A DNA stretch of 64,000 nt from an uncultured Gammaproteobacteria bacterium (GCA_963773065.1 CAVYZN010000023.1:96001-160000), one strand, 5' to 3'. Counted from the stretch's first letter, positions 10,795-22,409 are shown. Numbers and translations: made by a program. The notes: a model not told the origin generated them from the sequence alone.

Positions 10795-13504
10795 ATGACC
10801 ACCATCTACCTCTCTTCGTCCTACGAAGACCTGAAGGACTACCGCCGGGTCGTGTTCGAGGCCCTGCGACGGTCCGGGTATAACGTCATCGCGATGGAGG
10901 AGTACGTCGCCCGTGACGACCGCCCCGTGTACGCCTGCCTTCAGGACGTCGATCACGCCGACATCTATGTGGGGCTGTTTGCCTTCCGCTATGGCTACAT
11001 CCCGCCCGCCGCACACGGCAATCCCAACGGCCTGTCCATCACCGAACTGGAGTTCCGGCGCGCCGATCGCTGCGCCTGCCAAGAAATGCCTGACGTTTCT
11101 GCTCGATGAAAAGACCCCCTGGTCGAGCCTATACAACGACGCCTATACACGTGAGAACGAACGCGGTGAGCGAATCAAGAAGTTGAGGGATTACCTGCGG
11201 CAGGAAAAGATGGCAAGCTTCTTCAGCACACCCCACGAACTGGCCAGCCTGGTGCAAGCCGCCGTCAGCCAACATCTCCAGTCCGGCCGGGAAGAATCCC
11301 CGGCGTCCGAAACCCGTTCCGAACCGATCACCTGGCACGTCGCCAAAGACGACTCGCCCTATCCGGGGCTCATGCACTTCACGCGACAGTTCGCCCGGGT
11401 GTTCTTCGGCCGCGAGGGGGAGGCGCGGGAACTGCTCGACCGGATGACCCTGCCCGATGGCCGCTTCCTCATCGTGAGCGGCGACTCCGGCACCGGCAAG
11501 TCCTCGCTGGTGGATGCGGGCGTGTTACCCCGGCTGGAGGAATCCGGACTCCCCGGATACCCGACACTCACTACGGTACGCCTGGTCCCGGGCGAAGGAG
11601 AGAACCCCTTCGACGCCCTGCTCCGGGTCCTTAGCCCTTACGCACAACGGGCGGGTTTGAACTCGTATCTGCTTGGCACCGAGGAGCTGGTCGCCCACCC
11701 CGAGAATTTGCCGGCAACGCTTGCGACGATCGTCGCGCGTGGCATGGACACAAAGGCCTTGGTGCTGTTTGTCGACCAGATGGAAGAGCTGTTCACGGTC
11801 AAGGAAGAGGAAAAAGCGCTGGCGGCCGCCTTTCTCTCGGGGCTTTACCAGGCCATCCAGACAAGCGCCTTGTGGGTCATCGCCACCATCCGCACCGACC
11901 TGCTGCACCACTGCTACAACCACCCGGACCTGCTCAAGGTCCTGCGCGGTCCGGGGCATTATCCGCTCGGTCCGATGGCGCTCCACCGGTTGCATGAGAT
12001 CATCGTGCGGCCCGCTCGCTGCGCCGGCCTGGCAGTTCCCGGTCCTCTGGCGGGACGTCTGATCAAGGACGTCGGCACGGAAGCGGGCAATCTGCCGTTG
12101 CTGGCCTTCGTGCTGCGGCGGTTGTTCGACAGACGCCAGGATAATGTGCTCAGTGAAGCAGTCTACGATGACCTCGGCGTCCTCAATGGCGCCATCGCCG
12201 ATCACGCTGCTTCGGTGCAACGCGAACTCGCCGCCACCCTTGGACAAGAAGTCCTGGAACGGCGTCTTGCCGAAATCTTCGAGGCTCTGGTCCACGCGGA
12301 TGTGGAGGGCCTGCCCACCCGGCGCAGCGTCCCTTCGCAGGAGTTTTCCGACCACATGCATACCGTCATCGATGCCCTGGTGAAGGGACAGCTTCTGACC
12401 GTGCAGGGTGGGCGCGATAAGGGCACCGTCACCGTGGCTCACGAACGCCTGTTCAATGCCTGGCCGGCGCTTGCCCATTGGGTCGCCGAACTCCAGGACG
12501 AGCTGCGCCTGCTGCGCCAGGGTGAACTCGATGCCGCGGAGTGGCAGCGTCATAACGCAGACCTCGGCTATCTTTGGCACACCGACCGCCTGATGCGCTT
12601 GCAGACGGTGGTAAGCGGCCTGGCAGCCAACCGGGCAAGCCGGCAGCTACGCGACTTCGCCTGGCCGCAACAACGTCTGGTGAACCGCCTGAACGAACCG
12701 GAACTTACCCATGAGGTACGCCAGAGCATCGGCCGCTACCTGGCCGAGCAGGGCGATCCACGGCCGGGGACCGGTGTGACCGCCGACGGTATCCCGGACA
12801 TCGACTGGGTAGACATACCCGACGGTCGCGTGGTGTTGGAGAAAAATGTCGGCGCGGGCATGGTCGAACCTTTCCGCATGGCGCGTTATCCCATCACCAA
12901 TGCCCAGTTCGAAGCCTTCGTGTCCGCCGCAGATGGTTATCGTAACCGGGAATGGTGGACAGGATCGCCGGAGGCCGCCAGCGATGGCCTGGAAACGCCG
13001 CGCTGGCCCGAACCCAACCATCCGCGCGTGTCTGTATCCTGGTACAAGGCGGCGGCCTTTTGCCGCTGGCTGTCCCGGCGGCTCGGCTTCGAGGTCTGGC
13101 TGCCCACCGAATTCGAGTGGCAGCAGGCGGCCACCGGCGGTGACCCGACCAACGTCTATCCCTGGGGCCCCGAATGGGATGCGCGCTACTGCAACAGTAC
13201 GAAGAGCAGGCTGAACCGAACCACGGCGGTGGGCATGTATCCCGCGGGCGCCAGCCACCAGGGCGTGCTGGATCTGGCCGGCAACGTGTGGGAATGGTGC
13301 AAGAATAAATACGACAATCCCGATGACCCAAAGGCGTTGCGCGTCGATGATTCCGGAGATTCGCGCGTGTTGCGCGGCGGGTCCTGGGCCGGCGGTCCGG
13401 TCGACCTGCGTTGCGCCGACCGCTTCAGGTTCTTTCCCGACGACCGCTTCGTCGACATCGGGTTTCGTGTGGTGTGCCGCCCCCGCTCTTCCACGGGACG
13501 CTGA
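10795..13504 (+). CDS. DUF4062 + STAND-type NTPase + FGE-sulfatase (SUMF1/CLec-like) domain protein (indel near 11065)
   Basis: DUF4062 IYLSSSYEDL...RYGYIP...SITELEF. SPYPGL..F...FFGRE, Walker A GDSGTGKSS, Walker B LFVDQMEELF, GNLPLLAF and AHERLF. FGE motifs LPTEFEWQQAA, DLAGNVWEW and RGGSW...GFR. Confidence 0.9.
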
Positions 13505-13604
13505 CGGGAATGGCACTTACATCGGGTTACCTCAACCTGCTATTTTGACGGAGCCGCGGAATGCGCACCCGGCGCGCAAGAGTACAATCATCGCGGGGAT
13601 ACCC

Positions 13605-13721
13605 ATGAACACCTACGAACCACACCCAATCGACACCTCCGGCATCCGGCTACCCGAGGATCTCCTGGAACTCACCGAAGAACTTGCCCGCAACCGTATA
13701 CTCCCTCCGGGCGCCGCGTGA
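13605..13721 (+). pseudogene. truncated 5' copy of the RyR-domain gene
   Basis: MNTYEPHPIDTSGIRLPEDLLELTEELARN is nearly identical to the first 30 aa of 15113..15400, then diverges and stops overlapping the next ATG. Confidence 0.8.
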
Positions 13722-14977
13722 TGTCCGCTGAAACAGCCTCCACGAAGAACGACAGCCGGCACGTTTTCATCAGCTTCGCATCGGCGGATCTCGAACTGGC
13801 CAATCGGATCGTCGAAAGGCTGGAGCGCGGCGGGATCCGCTGCTGGATCGCGCACAGGGACATCGAACCCGCCGCGAGCTATCCAGCCGCCATCACGGCC
13901 GCCATGACTTCAAGCGCAGCCGTCCTGCTGCTCCTGACTGAATCGTCCAACAGTTCGCCTCATGTGCTGCGCGAAATCGAGATGGCGTTCAACGCCCGCA
14001 CACCCATCCTGCCGGTGTGCATGGCGGGCCTCACGCCTTCGGCCGATTTGCAGTATTTCCTTTCGACGACGCAATGGTTCGATGCCGGCGCGACCTTCGA
14101 CGAGGGTGACGCAAAACGGCTGCAGGACCGTCTGAAAGAACTGCTCGCAGGCGGCACGGTTCACCGCGGCAGACGGGATATTCCAGGCCGATTCGGACGA
14201 CGGGCCTTCATCGCGGGAGTGCTGGCGCTGTCGGCCGTGGCTGTTATCGTCTTATCCTTCGTCGTTCCATGGGGATTTCATCCGTCGCGGGAGTCCATCC
14301 AAACGAAAGTCAGCTCGCGGGACGGCCAGACGTACGTGTGGGTCCAAGCCGGTGATTACGTGATGGGATGCTCGTCAGGAGATCCTGCATGCGAAGAAGA
14401 TGAGAAGCCTGCGCATAGGGTCCGCATCAAACAGGGCTTCTGGCTTGCCCGCACGGAGGTAACGGAGGCGCAGTACCGTAAGCATGCACCGGCAGGGAGC
14501 GGTGATCGCCAGGAGGCGGACGCCAATATGCCGGCAACAGAGATTACCTGGGCGGATGCGAATGTCTATTGCACGGCGATCGGTGGCCGGCTGCCAACGG
14601 AAGCCGAGTGGGAATACGCGGCACGCGCGGGCACCACGACCCGCTACTACGGCGCGCTCGGGTCTATCGCGTGGTACGAGGACAACAGTAACCAACGCGC
14701 GCATCCTGTGGGGCAGAAGCAGCCCAATGCGTTCGGCCTCTACGACATGCTGGGCAACGTGGCGGAGTGGGTTCGAGACCGCTATTACAACTCGTACGAC
14801 GATAGCGGCGATGAAGTCGCGATCGAGGAGCCGCTGGCACCGAACGCCTCGGCTATCGCGCGCGGCGGTTCATGGTTCTCGGATGCGCGCGGTGTCCGAG
14901 TATCGCGGCGGCTCGATATGATCCCGGAGGCGGCAGAGGCGATAATCGGCTTTCGTTGCGCATACGACAAGCTATGA
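13721..14977 (+). CDS. TIR domain + transmembrane helix + FGE-sulfatase (CLec-like) domain protein
   Basis: HVFISFAS.D...CWIAHRDI...SNSSPHVLREIE (TIR with conserved Glu), hydrophobic AFIAGVLALSAVAVIVLSFVV, then RLPTEAEWEYAARAG, LYDMLGNVAEW and RGGSW...GFR. Confidence 0.9.
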   Translation: MSAETASTKNDSRHVFISFASADLELANRIVERLERGGIRCWIAHRDIEPAASYPAAITAAMTSSAAVLLLLTESSNSSPHVLREIEMAFNARTPILPVCMAGLTPSADLQYFLSTTQWFDAGATFDEGDAKRLQDRLKELLAGGTVHRGRRDIPGRFGRRAFIAGVLALSAVAVIVLSFVVPWGFHPSRESIQTKVSSRDGQTYVWVQAGDYVMGCSSGDPACEEDEKPAHRVRIKQGFWLARTEVTEAQYRKHAPAGSGDRQEADANMPATEITWADANVYCTAIGGRLPTEAEWEYAARAGTTTRYYGALGSIAWYEDNSNQRAHPVGQKQPNAFGLYDMLGNVAEWVRDRYYNSYDDSGDEVAIEEPLAPNASAIARGGSWFSDARGVRVSRRLDMIPEAAEAIIGFRCAYDKL

Positions 14978-15112
14978 CCGGGCCAGGCTCAGTGAGAGTG
15001 GTGGGCGATGCTCACCCTACGTGCTACCCCCTGCTCCCGCAACCTGTTATTTTGAGCGAGCCGCGGAATGCACACCCGGCGGCGCAAGGGCACAACCATG
15101 GCGGGGATACCC

Positions 15113-15400
15113 ATGAACACCTACGAACCTCACCCGATCGACACCTCCGGCGTCCGGCTACCGGAGGGCCTCATGGAACTCACCGAAGAACTCGCGCGCA
15201 GCACGCACGATCACTGGGCGAGACAGCGCATCGGGGAGGGATGGAGCTGGGGTCCCGCGCGCGATGACGCCGCCAAACGGCACCCCGACCTCGTGCCCTA
15301 TGCCGAGCTTTCGGAAGCGGAGAAGCAGTACGACCGCACGACCGCCATGGAAACGCTGAAGGCGATCATCGCCCTGGGATACCGGATCGAGCGCGATTAG
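15113..15400 (+). CDS. stand-alone RyR-domain protein
   Basis: P.PIDTS.V.LP..L..L.E.LAR.THD.WA..RI.EGW..GP.RDD..KRHPDLVPY.ELSE.EK.YDR..A.ETLK.I.ALGY.I matches the ryanodine-receptor repeat consensus. Confidence 0.9.
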   Translation: MNTYEPHPIDTSGVRLPEGLMELTEELARSTHDHWARQRIGEGWSWGPARDDAAKRHPDLVPYAELSEAEKQYDRTTAMETLKAIIALGYRIERD

Positions 15401-15454
15401 CGCCGCAAAGGGCTGCGCCCCACGGACTCCCGAAACGGGGGAAAGCACAACGGG

Positions 15455-16675
15455 TCAATCCTCGATGTCCCTGGCAAGACGAAAACCAATGTAGCTGTAC
15501 CCGGCACCGGGGGAGTCCCTGAGCCGGGACGCGGAACGCAGGCCCACCGCCAGGAGGTACCAGGAACCACCGCGCACCACGCGCTGGCCGCAATCTCCGC
15601 CGCCGCCCTCCAACCAGGCGGAACCGTCATCGGGCGCGCCATCGTAGTTATCATGCACGCAGTCCTGCACCCACTCCCACACATTGCCCGCCGTGTCGTA
15701 AAGACCAAACGCGTTCGCCTCGAATGACCCTACCGGCGCCGTGTACTTCCCTTCGGCCTTGCCCTGCCACTCACTCTCACAATCCTCGCAGTTGGCCATC
15801 CCCGGCTTCATCTCCTCACCCCACCAGTACCGCGTCGAAGTCCCCGCCCGCGCGGCATACTCCCACTCGGCTTCGGTCGGGAGCCGATACGGCTTACCCG
15901 TCTGTTGCGACAGCCATTCGGCATAGGCTACCGCATCAACCCAGGAGACATTGATCACCGGCCGACGGTCACGACCCCAGCCACCATCGGCCGGCAGCGC
16001 ATGCCCCGTTGAGGCCGCAAACTGGTCGTATTCCTCGAAGGTCACTTCGTATCGCCCAATCGCAAACGGCCTGGTGAAAGTAACCCGGTGCTGGGGACGC
16101 TCATCCGGATCCCGGCCATATTCATCGCCTGGCGAACCCATCATGAAAGAACCCGGCGGAATTTCCACCATCTCGGGACCCTTCGAACCATCAAGCAATG
16201 TGTCGCGAATCACAGCCGGCAATGACACGTTGGCTACGTTTACGTTTTCGCTTGGTTCTTTGCTGATTTCAGTCGGCCGATGGGGTTGACCGACAATCTC
16301 GGCGATATCCTTCCTCAGGTTCCGATAAGAATCCTGGTTAACGGTGCCATCCCAATCGAACAATTCAAGCGTTTGCAACTCTTCGAACCGAAAGGGAAGA
16401 TCGACCGCCTCAATCTTGACCGGAACCAGTTTATTGTGATTCAGAGCGTAATACGCCTCGTCCTTCACATAAGTCGACTGGACCGAACGTTGCGACCACA
16501 GGACGATGACGCAGCGGGATGCCTTCATTGCCTGCTCGATCACATCATCGAAGTGTTCGCCCGCGTGGAGCTTCGGGTCCCACCAGACACTCCAGCCCTC
16601 GCGTTCCAGCGCATCCGCCAGGCATCTGGCGACGTGCTGTTCCTCCCGTTTGTAGCTGATAAAAATATCCGTCAT
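15455..16675 (-). CDS. TIR domain + FGE-sulfatase (CLec-like) domain protein
   Basis: DIFISYKRE...VWWD...VIVLWSQRSVQSTYVKDEA (TIR_2 with Glu), then GPEMV.IPPGSF.MGS, RLPTEAEWEYAARAG, GLYDTAGNVWEW and RVVRGGSW...GFRLA. Confidence 0.92.
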   Translation of the reverse strand: MTDIFISYKREEQHVARCLADALEREGWSVWWDPKLHAGEHFDDVIEQAMKASRCVIVLWSQRSVQSTYVKDEAYYALNHNKLVPVKIEAVDLPFRFEELQTLELFDWDGTVNQDSYRNLRKDIAEIVGQPHRPTEISKEPSENVNVANVSLPAVIRDTLLDGSKGPEMVEIPPGSFMMGSPGDEYGRDPDERPQHRVTFTRPFAIGRYEVTFEEYDQFAASTGHALPADGGWGRDRRPVINVSWVDAVAYAEWLSQQTGKPYRLPTEAEWEYAARAGTSTRYWWGEEMKPGMANCEDCESEWQGKAEGKYTAPVGSFEANAFGLYDTAGNVWEWVQDCVHDNYDGAPDDGSAWLEGGGGDCGQRVVRGGSWYLLAVGLRSASRLRDSPGAGYSYIGFRLARDIED

Positions 16676-16812
16676 GCTCGCGACTTGTTCCAGGTTTCGT
16701 ATGCCGGTGAAAAACGAGACGGGGCGTTCGGCCTGCGCCTACCCGCCCCGTCCCGCGCCGTCCGTGACAGGTCTATTAGGCGGCCCCATCCGTGCGGTCG
16801 GCAATGGCGGCT

Positions 16813-18147
16813 TCAGACGGCCGCGGCCACGGCCGTGGCCAGATGACCGGCCTCTTCGCGCACCGTCTGTTCGTCCTCGCCTTCGACCATGACCCGCACC
16901 ACGGGTTCGGTCCCGGACGCGCGCAACAGGACACGGCCCCTGCCGCTGAGCCGCCGCTCCGCCGACCGGACCGCCTCCTGCACGCCCGGCGCGGCCTCCA
17001 AGTTCATGCTCTTACCGACCGGTACGTTGATCATGTACTGCGGATATTTCTTCATGCCGGCCTTCAACTCGTGCAGCGGCTTGCCGCCCATGATCATGGT
17101 GGCGAGCACCTGCAGCGCGGCGACGATGCCGTCGCCGGTGGTGGTGCGGTCCAGGCAGATGATGTGGCCGGAGGATTCCCCGCCCAGCATGCCGCCGGTC
17201 TGCTGCAGCCGCTCCAGCACGTAGCGGTCGCCGACCCGGGCGCGCTCGAAGGCGATGCCGTGCGCCTGCAGGGCATGCTCCAGTCCGAGGTTGCTCATCA
17301 GGGTGCCGACGACGCTGCCGTTCAGCTTGCCCTGCTCCCGGCGCGAGCGCGCGATGATGAACAACAGCTCATCGCCGTCCACCAGTTCGCCGCGGCTGTC
17401 GACCATGATGACGCGGTCGCCGTCGCCATCGAGGGCAACCCCGGCATCGGCGGCGTGTTCCCGCACCGTTTTCTGCAACTGCTCGGGCTGGGTGGAACCG
17501 CAGTCGAGGTTGATGTTGAGGCCGTCGGGATGCGTGCCGACCTTGATCACCTCCGCGCCCAGTTCGTCGAAGATGCTGGGCGCGACGCCGTAGGTGGCGC
17601 CGTTCGCGCAGTCGACGACGATCTTCAGGCCCCGCAGCGACAGGCTCATCGGCACCGTGCTCTTGCAGAACTCGATATAGCGCCCGGGGGCATCGGGCAC
17701 GCGTTCCGCCTTGCCGAGCCGGGCGGAGTCCACGGTGACCATGGGCTTCTCCAGCTCGTCCTCGATGGCGAGTTCGATCTCGTCCGGCAGCTTGGTGCCC
17801 TGGCGCGAGAAGAACTTGATGCCGTTGTCGAAGTAGGGATTGTGCGAGGCGCTGATGACGATCCCGGCGCAGGCATGCAGGGTGCGCGTGAGATAGGCGA
17901 TGCCGGGGGTGGGCATGGGACCCAGCAGGCGGATGTCGATACCGGCGGCGGAAAGACCCGCCTCCAGCGCCGATTCGAACATGTAGCCGGAAATGCGCGT
18001 GTCCTTGCCGATGATGACCAGGTCGCCGCCGGCAAGCCCCAGCACGCGGCCGGTTGCCCAGCCCAGTTTCAGCATGAACTCGGCCGTTACCGGGTATTCC
18101 CCCACCCGACCGCGGATGCCGTCGGTACCGAAATATTTTTTCGCCAT
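16813..18147 (-). CDS. glmM: phosphoglucosamine mutase
   Basis: [29 protein letters not shown] and RASGTEP motifs. Confidence 0.98.
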   Translation of the reverse strand: MAKKYFGTDGIRGRVGEYPVTAEFMLKLGWATGRVLGLAGGDLVIIGKDTRISGYMFESALEAGLSAAGIDIRLLGPMPTPGIAYLTRTLHACAGIVISASHNPYFDNGIKFFSRQGTKLPDEIELAIEDELEKPMVTVDSARLGKAERVPDAPGRYIEFCKSTVPMSLSLRGLKIVVDCANGATYGVAPSIFDELGAEVIKVGTHPDGLNINLDCGSTQPEQLQKTVREHAADAGVALDGDGDRVIMVDSRGELVDGDELLFIIARSRREQGKLNGSVVGTLMSNLGLEHALQAHGIAFERARVGDRYVLERLQQTGGMLGGESSGHIICLDRTTTGDGIVAALQVLATMIMGGKPLHELKAGMKKYPQYMINVPVGKSMNLEAAPGVQEAVRSAERRLSGRGRVLLRASGTEPVVRVMVEGEDEQTVREEAGHLATAVAAAV

Positions 18148-18188
18148 GCTGGCTCCTCAATGATGCCGCATCAGTCCAGATCGGAATT

Positions 18189-18404
18189 ATTCACCGCAAA
18201 GACGCAAAGTTCGCGAAGACTTATTAACAAAAATCATTAAACAGCTTTGCGTTCTTTGCGTCTTTGCGGTGAATTTATTTCTTTATGGATGGACATTGAT
18301 TCACCGCATTTTCGCTCTCTCCATCCTGTCCTGTATTACCGCTCAACACCGAAGTTGTTTTCAAGTGATTATTGGTTTTGCGGTCTTGGCGTCTTTGCGG
18401 TGAG
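18189..18404. repeat. REP-like palindromic repeat cluster
   Basis: Perfect 21-bp inverted pair ATTCACCGCAAAGACGCAAAG (18189-18209) / CTTTGCGTCTTTGCGGTGAAT (18254-18274). A further arm GCGTCTTTGCGGTGA lies near 18390. Confidence 0.75.
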
Positions 18405-18409
18405 GCTCA

Positions 18410-19264
18410 TTAGCCGGCATCCCTGACCGCCTGACACAGCCGGATCGCCTCGCGAGTCTCGCGGACATCGTGGCAGCGCACGATCGCGGCGCCCTGCCAG
18501 ACCGCCAGCACCGCCAGGGCAACGCTGGGAGTTAACCGCTGATCGACGGGAAGGCCCAGCACCTGGCCGATCAGCGACTTGCGTGACAGACCGACCAGCA
18601 CGGGGTAGCCGTGCGCGACCAGGCGGTCGAGATGGCGCAGCAGCCGCAGGTTGTGCTCAACCGTCTTGCCGAATCCGAAGCCCGGGTCCAGCAGTATCCG
18701 GTGGCGCGGCACCCCGGCCGTGACACAGGCGCGCACGCGCTCCAGCAGAAAGCCGGCGACTTCGGCAACCACGTCCGCGTAGCGCGGCGCCTCCTGCATG
18801 GTTTGCGGCTCGCCCCGCATGTGCATCAGGCATACCGGCACGCCCAGATCCGCCGCCGCCGCGGCGGCGCCTTCCGCCCGCAGGGCATTGACGTCATTGA
18901 TCAGGCCGGCGCCCGCCGCCACCGCGGCGCGCATCACCTCCGGTTTCCGGGTATCGACCGATATGGGCACCGGCAGGGATCGATGCAGGGATTCGATGAC
19001 CGGCAGGACGCGCCGCAGTTCCTCATCCAGCGGGACCGGCGGGGCCCCCGGACGGGTGGACTCGCCGCCGACATCGATGATCGCCGCGCCCTCATCGACC
19101 ATGCGATGCGCCCGCTCGACGGCCCTCGCGGTGGATAAGAAATCACCCCCGTCCGAAAAGGAATCGGGGGTGACATTCAGGATGCCCATGATCTGCGGAT
19201 GCGAGAGGTCCACCGGCTTGCCCGCGCAGTCGAGCCAAATGGGGTCAGCGCCATCTCCCGCCAA
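18410..19264 (-). CDS. folP: dihydropteroate synthase
   Basis: MGILNVTPDSFSDGG, DVGGESTRPGA, DPGFGFGK and GLSRKS motifs; ftsH-folP-glmM synteny. Start approximate. Confidence 0.96.
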   Translation of the reverse strand: MAGDGADPIWLDCAGKPVDLSHPQIMGILNVTPDSFSDGGDFLSTARAVERAHRMVDEGAAIIDVGGESTRPGAPPVPLDEELRRVLPVIESLHRSLPVPISVDTRKPEVMRAAVAAGAGLINDVNALRAEGAAAAAADLGVPVCLMHMRGEPQTMQEAPRYADVVAEVAGFLLERVRACVTAGVPRHRILLDPGFGFGKTVEHNLRLLRHLDRLVAHGYPVLVGLSRKSLIGQVLGLPVDQRLTPSVALAVLAVWQGAAIVRCHDVRETREAIRLCQAVRDAG

Positions 19265-19282
19265 GGGTATTCACCACCCGGT

Positions 19283-21220
<1,938 letters not shown>

Positions 21221-21303
21221 ACCGGATACCTCATCTTGTCAGTGGAGCGACTGCCTGCGTATTTCCACAATCAATGGACGGGTTAAAAAGTGCATCAACT
21301 ACA

Positions 21304-21936
21304 TTATGACACATTAGCCGGATTGCGGTGCTTTGCCAACACATACACCTCGCGGCTTTTGGGGCGCGAAGCCCTGGGCTTGCGTATCCTGACCGCATGG
21401 TAATGCGCGCGCAACGTCTTGACCAGTTCGTCAAACCCCTCGCCCTGGAAGGCCTTGAACAACAACACCCCGCTATCGCGCAGGACCCGGTCGGCAAAAT
21501 CCGCCGCCAGTTCCGCCAGGTAGATGCTGCCCGGCTGGTCCACCGCATCCATACCCGTGATATTGGGGGCCATGTCGGACATTACAAGGTCGACCCCGCC
21601 ACCGGTGAGCATCCCCAGCAGCCGTTCCAGCACCGTGTCTTCGCGAAAATCCCCCTGCAGAAATTCCACTCCGGATAACGGTTCCATCGGCAGGATGTCC
21701 ATGGCGATGATGCGGCCGGTGCCCTTGAGAAGCTGCGCGGCATACTGCGACCACCCGCCGGGCGATGCGCCCAGGTCGACGAGCGTCATGCCGGGCCTAA
21801 GAATACGGTCCTTGCGCTGGATTTCCTCGAGCTTGTACACGGCGCGCGAGCGGTAACCCTCGCGTTGCGCGCGCTTGACGAACTCGTCATCGAAATGCGA
21901 TTTGAGCCACTGGTGGCTGCTCTTGCTTCTGCCCAT
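21304..21936 (-). CDS. rlmE: 23S rRNA Um2552 methyltransferase
   Basis: MGRSKSS..WL, YRSRAVYKL, DLGASPGGW, SDMAPN and KPRASR..SREVY motifs. Confidence 0.97.
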   Translation of the reverse strand: MGRSKSSHQWLKSHFDDEFVKRAQREGYRSRAVYKLEEIQRKDRILRPGMTLVDLGASPGGWSQYAAQLLKGTGRIIAMDILPMEPLSGVEFLQGDFREDTVLERLLGMLTGGGVDLVMSDMAPNITGMDAVDQPGSIYLAELAADFADRVLRDSGVLLFKAFQGEGFDELVKTLRAHYHAVRIRKPRASRPKSREVYVLAKHRNPANVS

Positions 21937-21952
21937 GTTCCTGAACCTGTTA

Positions 21953-22409
21953 TCAATCGATCCGGGCATCCCCATCCCTGCGCCCGACCGCCACCAGGAG
22001 CAGGCCAAGCACACAGTTGACGAGATACACCCCGCTCGCCAGGCCGTGCGCCTGGGCAAAACGGGCGCTTTCCGTCAGTCCCGCGGCACGCAGTTCCGCG
22101 ATCCACGGGGCGAGGACGAATTCTCCGAGCAGGATCAGGGCCAGCATCGCCACGATCACGATCGCACGCCAGGCGCGGGAAGCGCCGCTGCCGGCGCAGG
22201 TACCCGTTGATCGCCAGCAGGCCGCAGCCGCAGGCAAGCCCCGCATAGCTCATCACGCCGAAGAGGGCCCCGGCCAGGGTACCCGCCAGCGCCCGGTCCT
22301 CCAGTTGCGAAAACAGGAGCGGCGCCACGACGAACCCGGCCGTCCACAGGCCGCCGACCCAGAAGGTCAGGAGCGTGCGTTCCACCGCCTGCAGGTAGGG
22401 ATTGGTCAT
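21953..22409 (-). CDS. DUF4149-family membrane protein (indel near 22190)
   Basis: TFWVGGLW..GFVVAP.LF..L.DR.LAG.LAG followed by F...HG...VYLVN in the second frame; common greA-rlmE neighbour. Confidence 0.8.

Larger units (their letters stand above)
13533..15200 (+). repeat. ~160-bp imperfect direct repeat (13533..13692 and 15040..15200) bracketing the TIR-TM-FGE gene
   Basis: CAACCTG.TATTTTGA..GAGCCGCGGAATGC...GCGGGGATACCCATGAACACCTACGAACC...GAACTCACCGAAGAACT occurs in both copies. Confidence 0.9.

Noticed and set aside
14999-15021. GTAG-type REP half-sites (also about 60557-60578)
   Set aside because: Isolated, degenerate single copies give too little evidence for a feature call.
10795-16675. 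Complete DGR cassette in the window
   Set aside because: No reverse transcriptase, Avd or AAC-rich template repeat was found. Only target-like signatures are reported.
10795-16675. Formylglycine-generating enzyme (sulfatase maturation) function for the FGE domains
   Set aside because: The catalytic CxxxxC..YR motif is absent, and the domains are fused to TIR/STAND, fitting ligand-binding CLec-like use.
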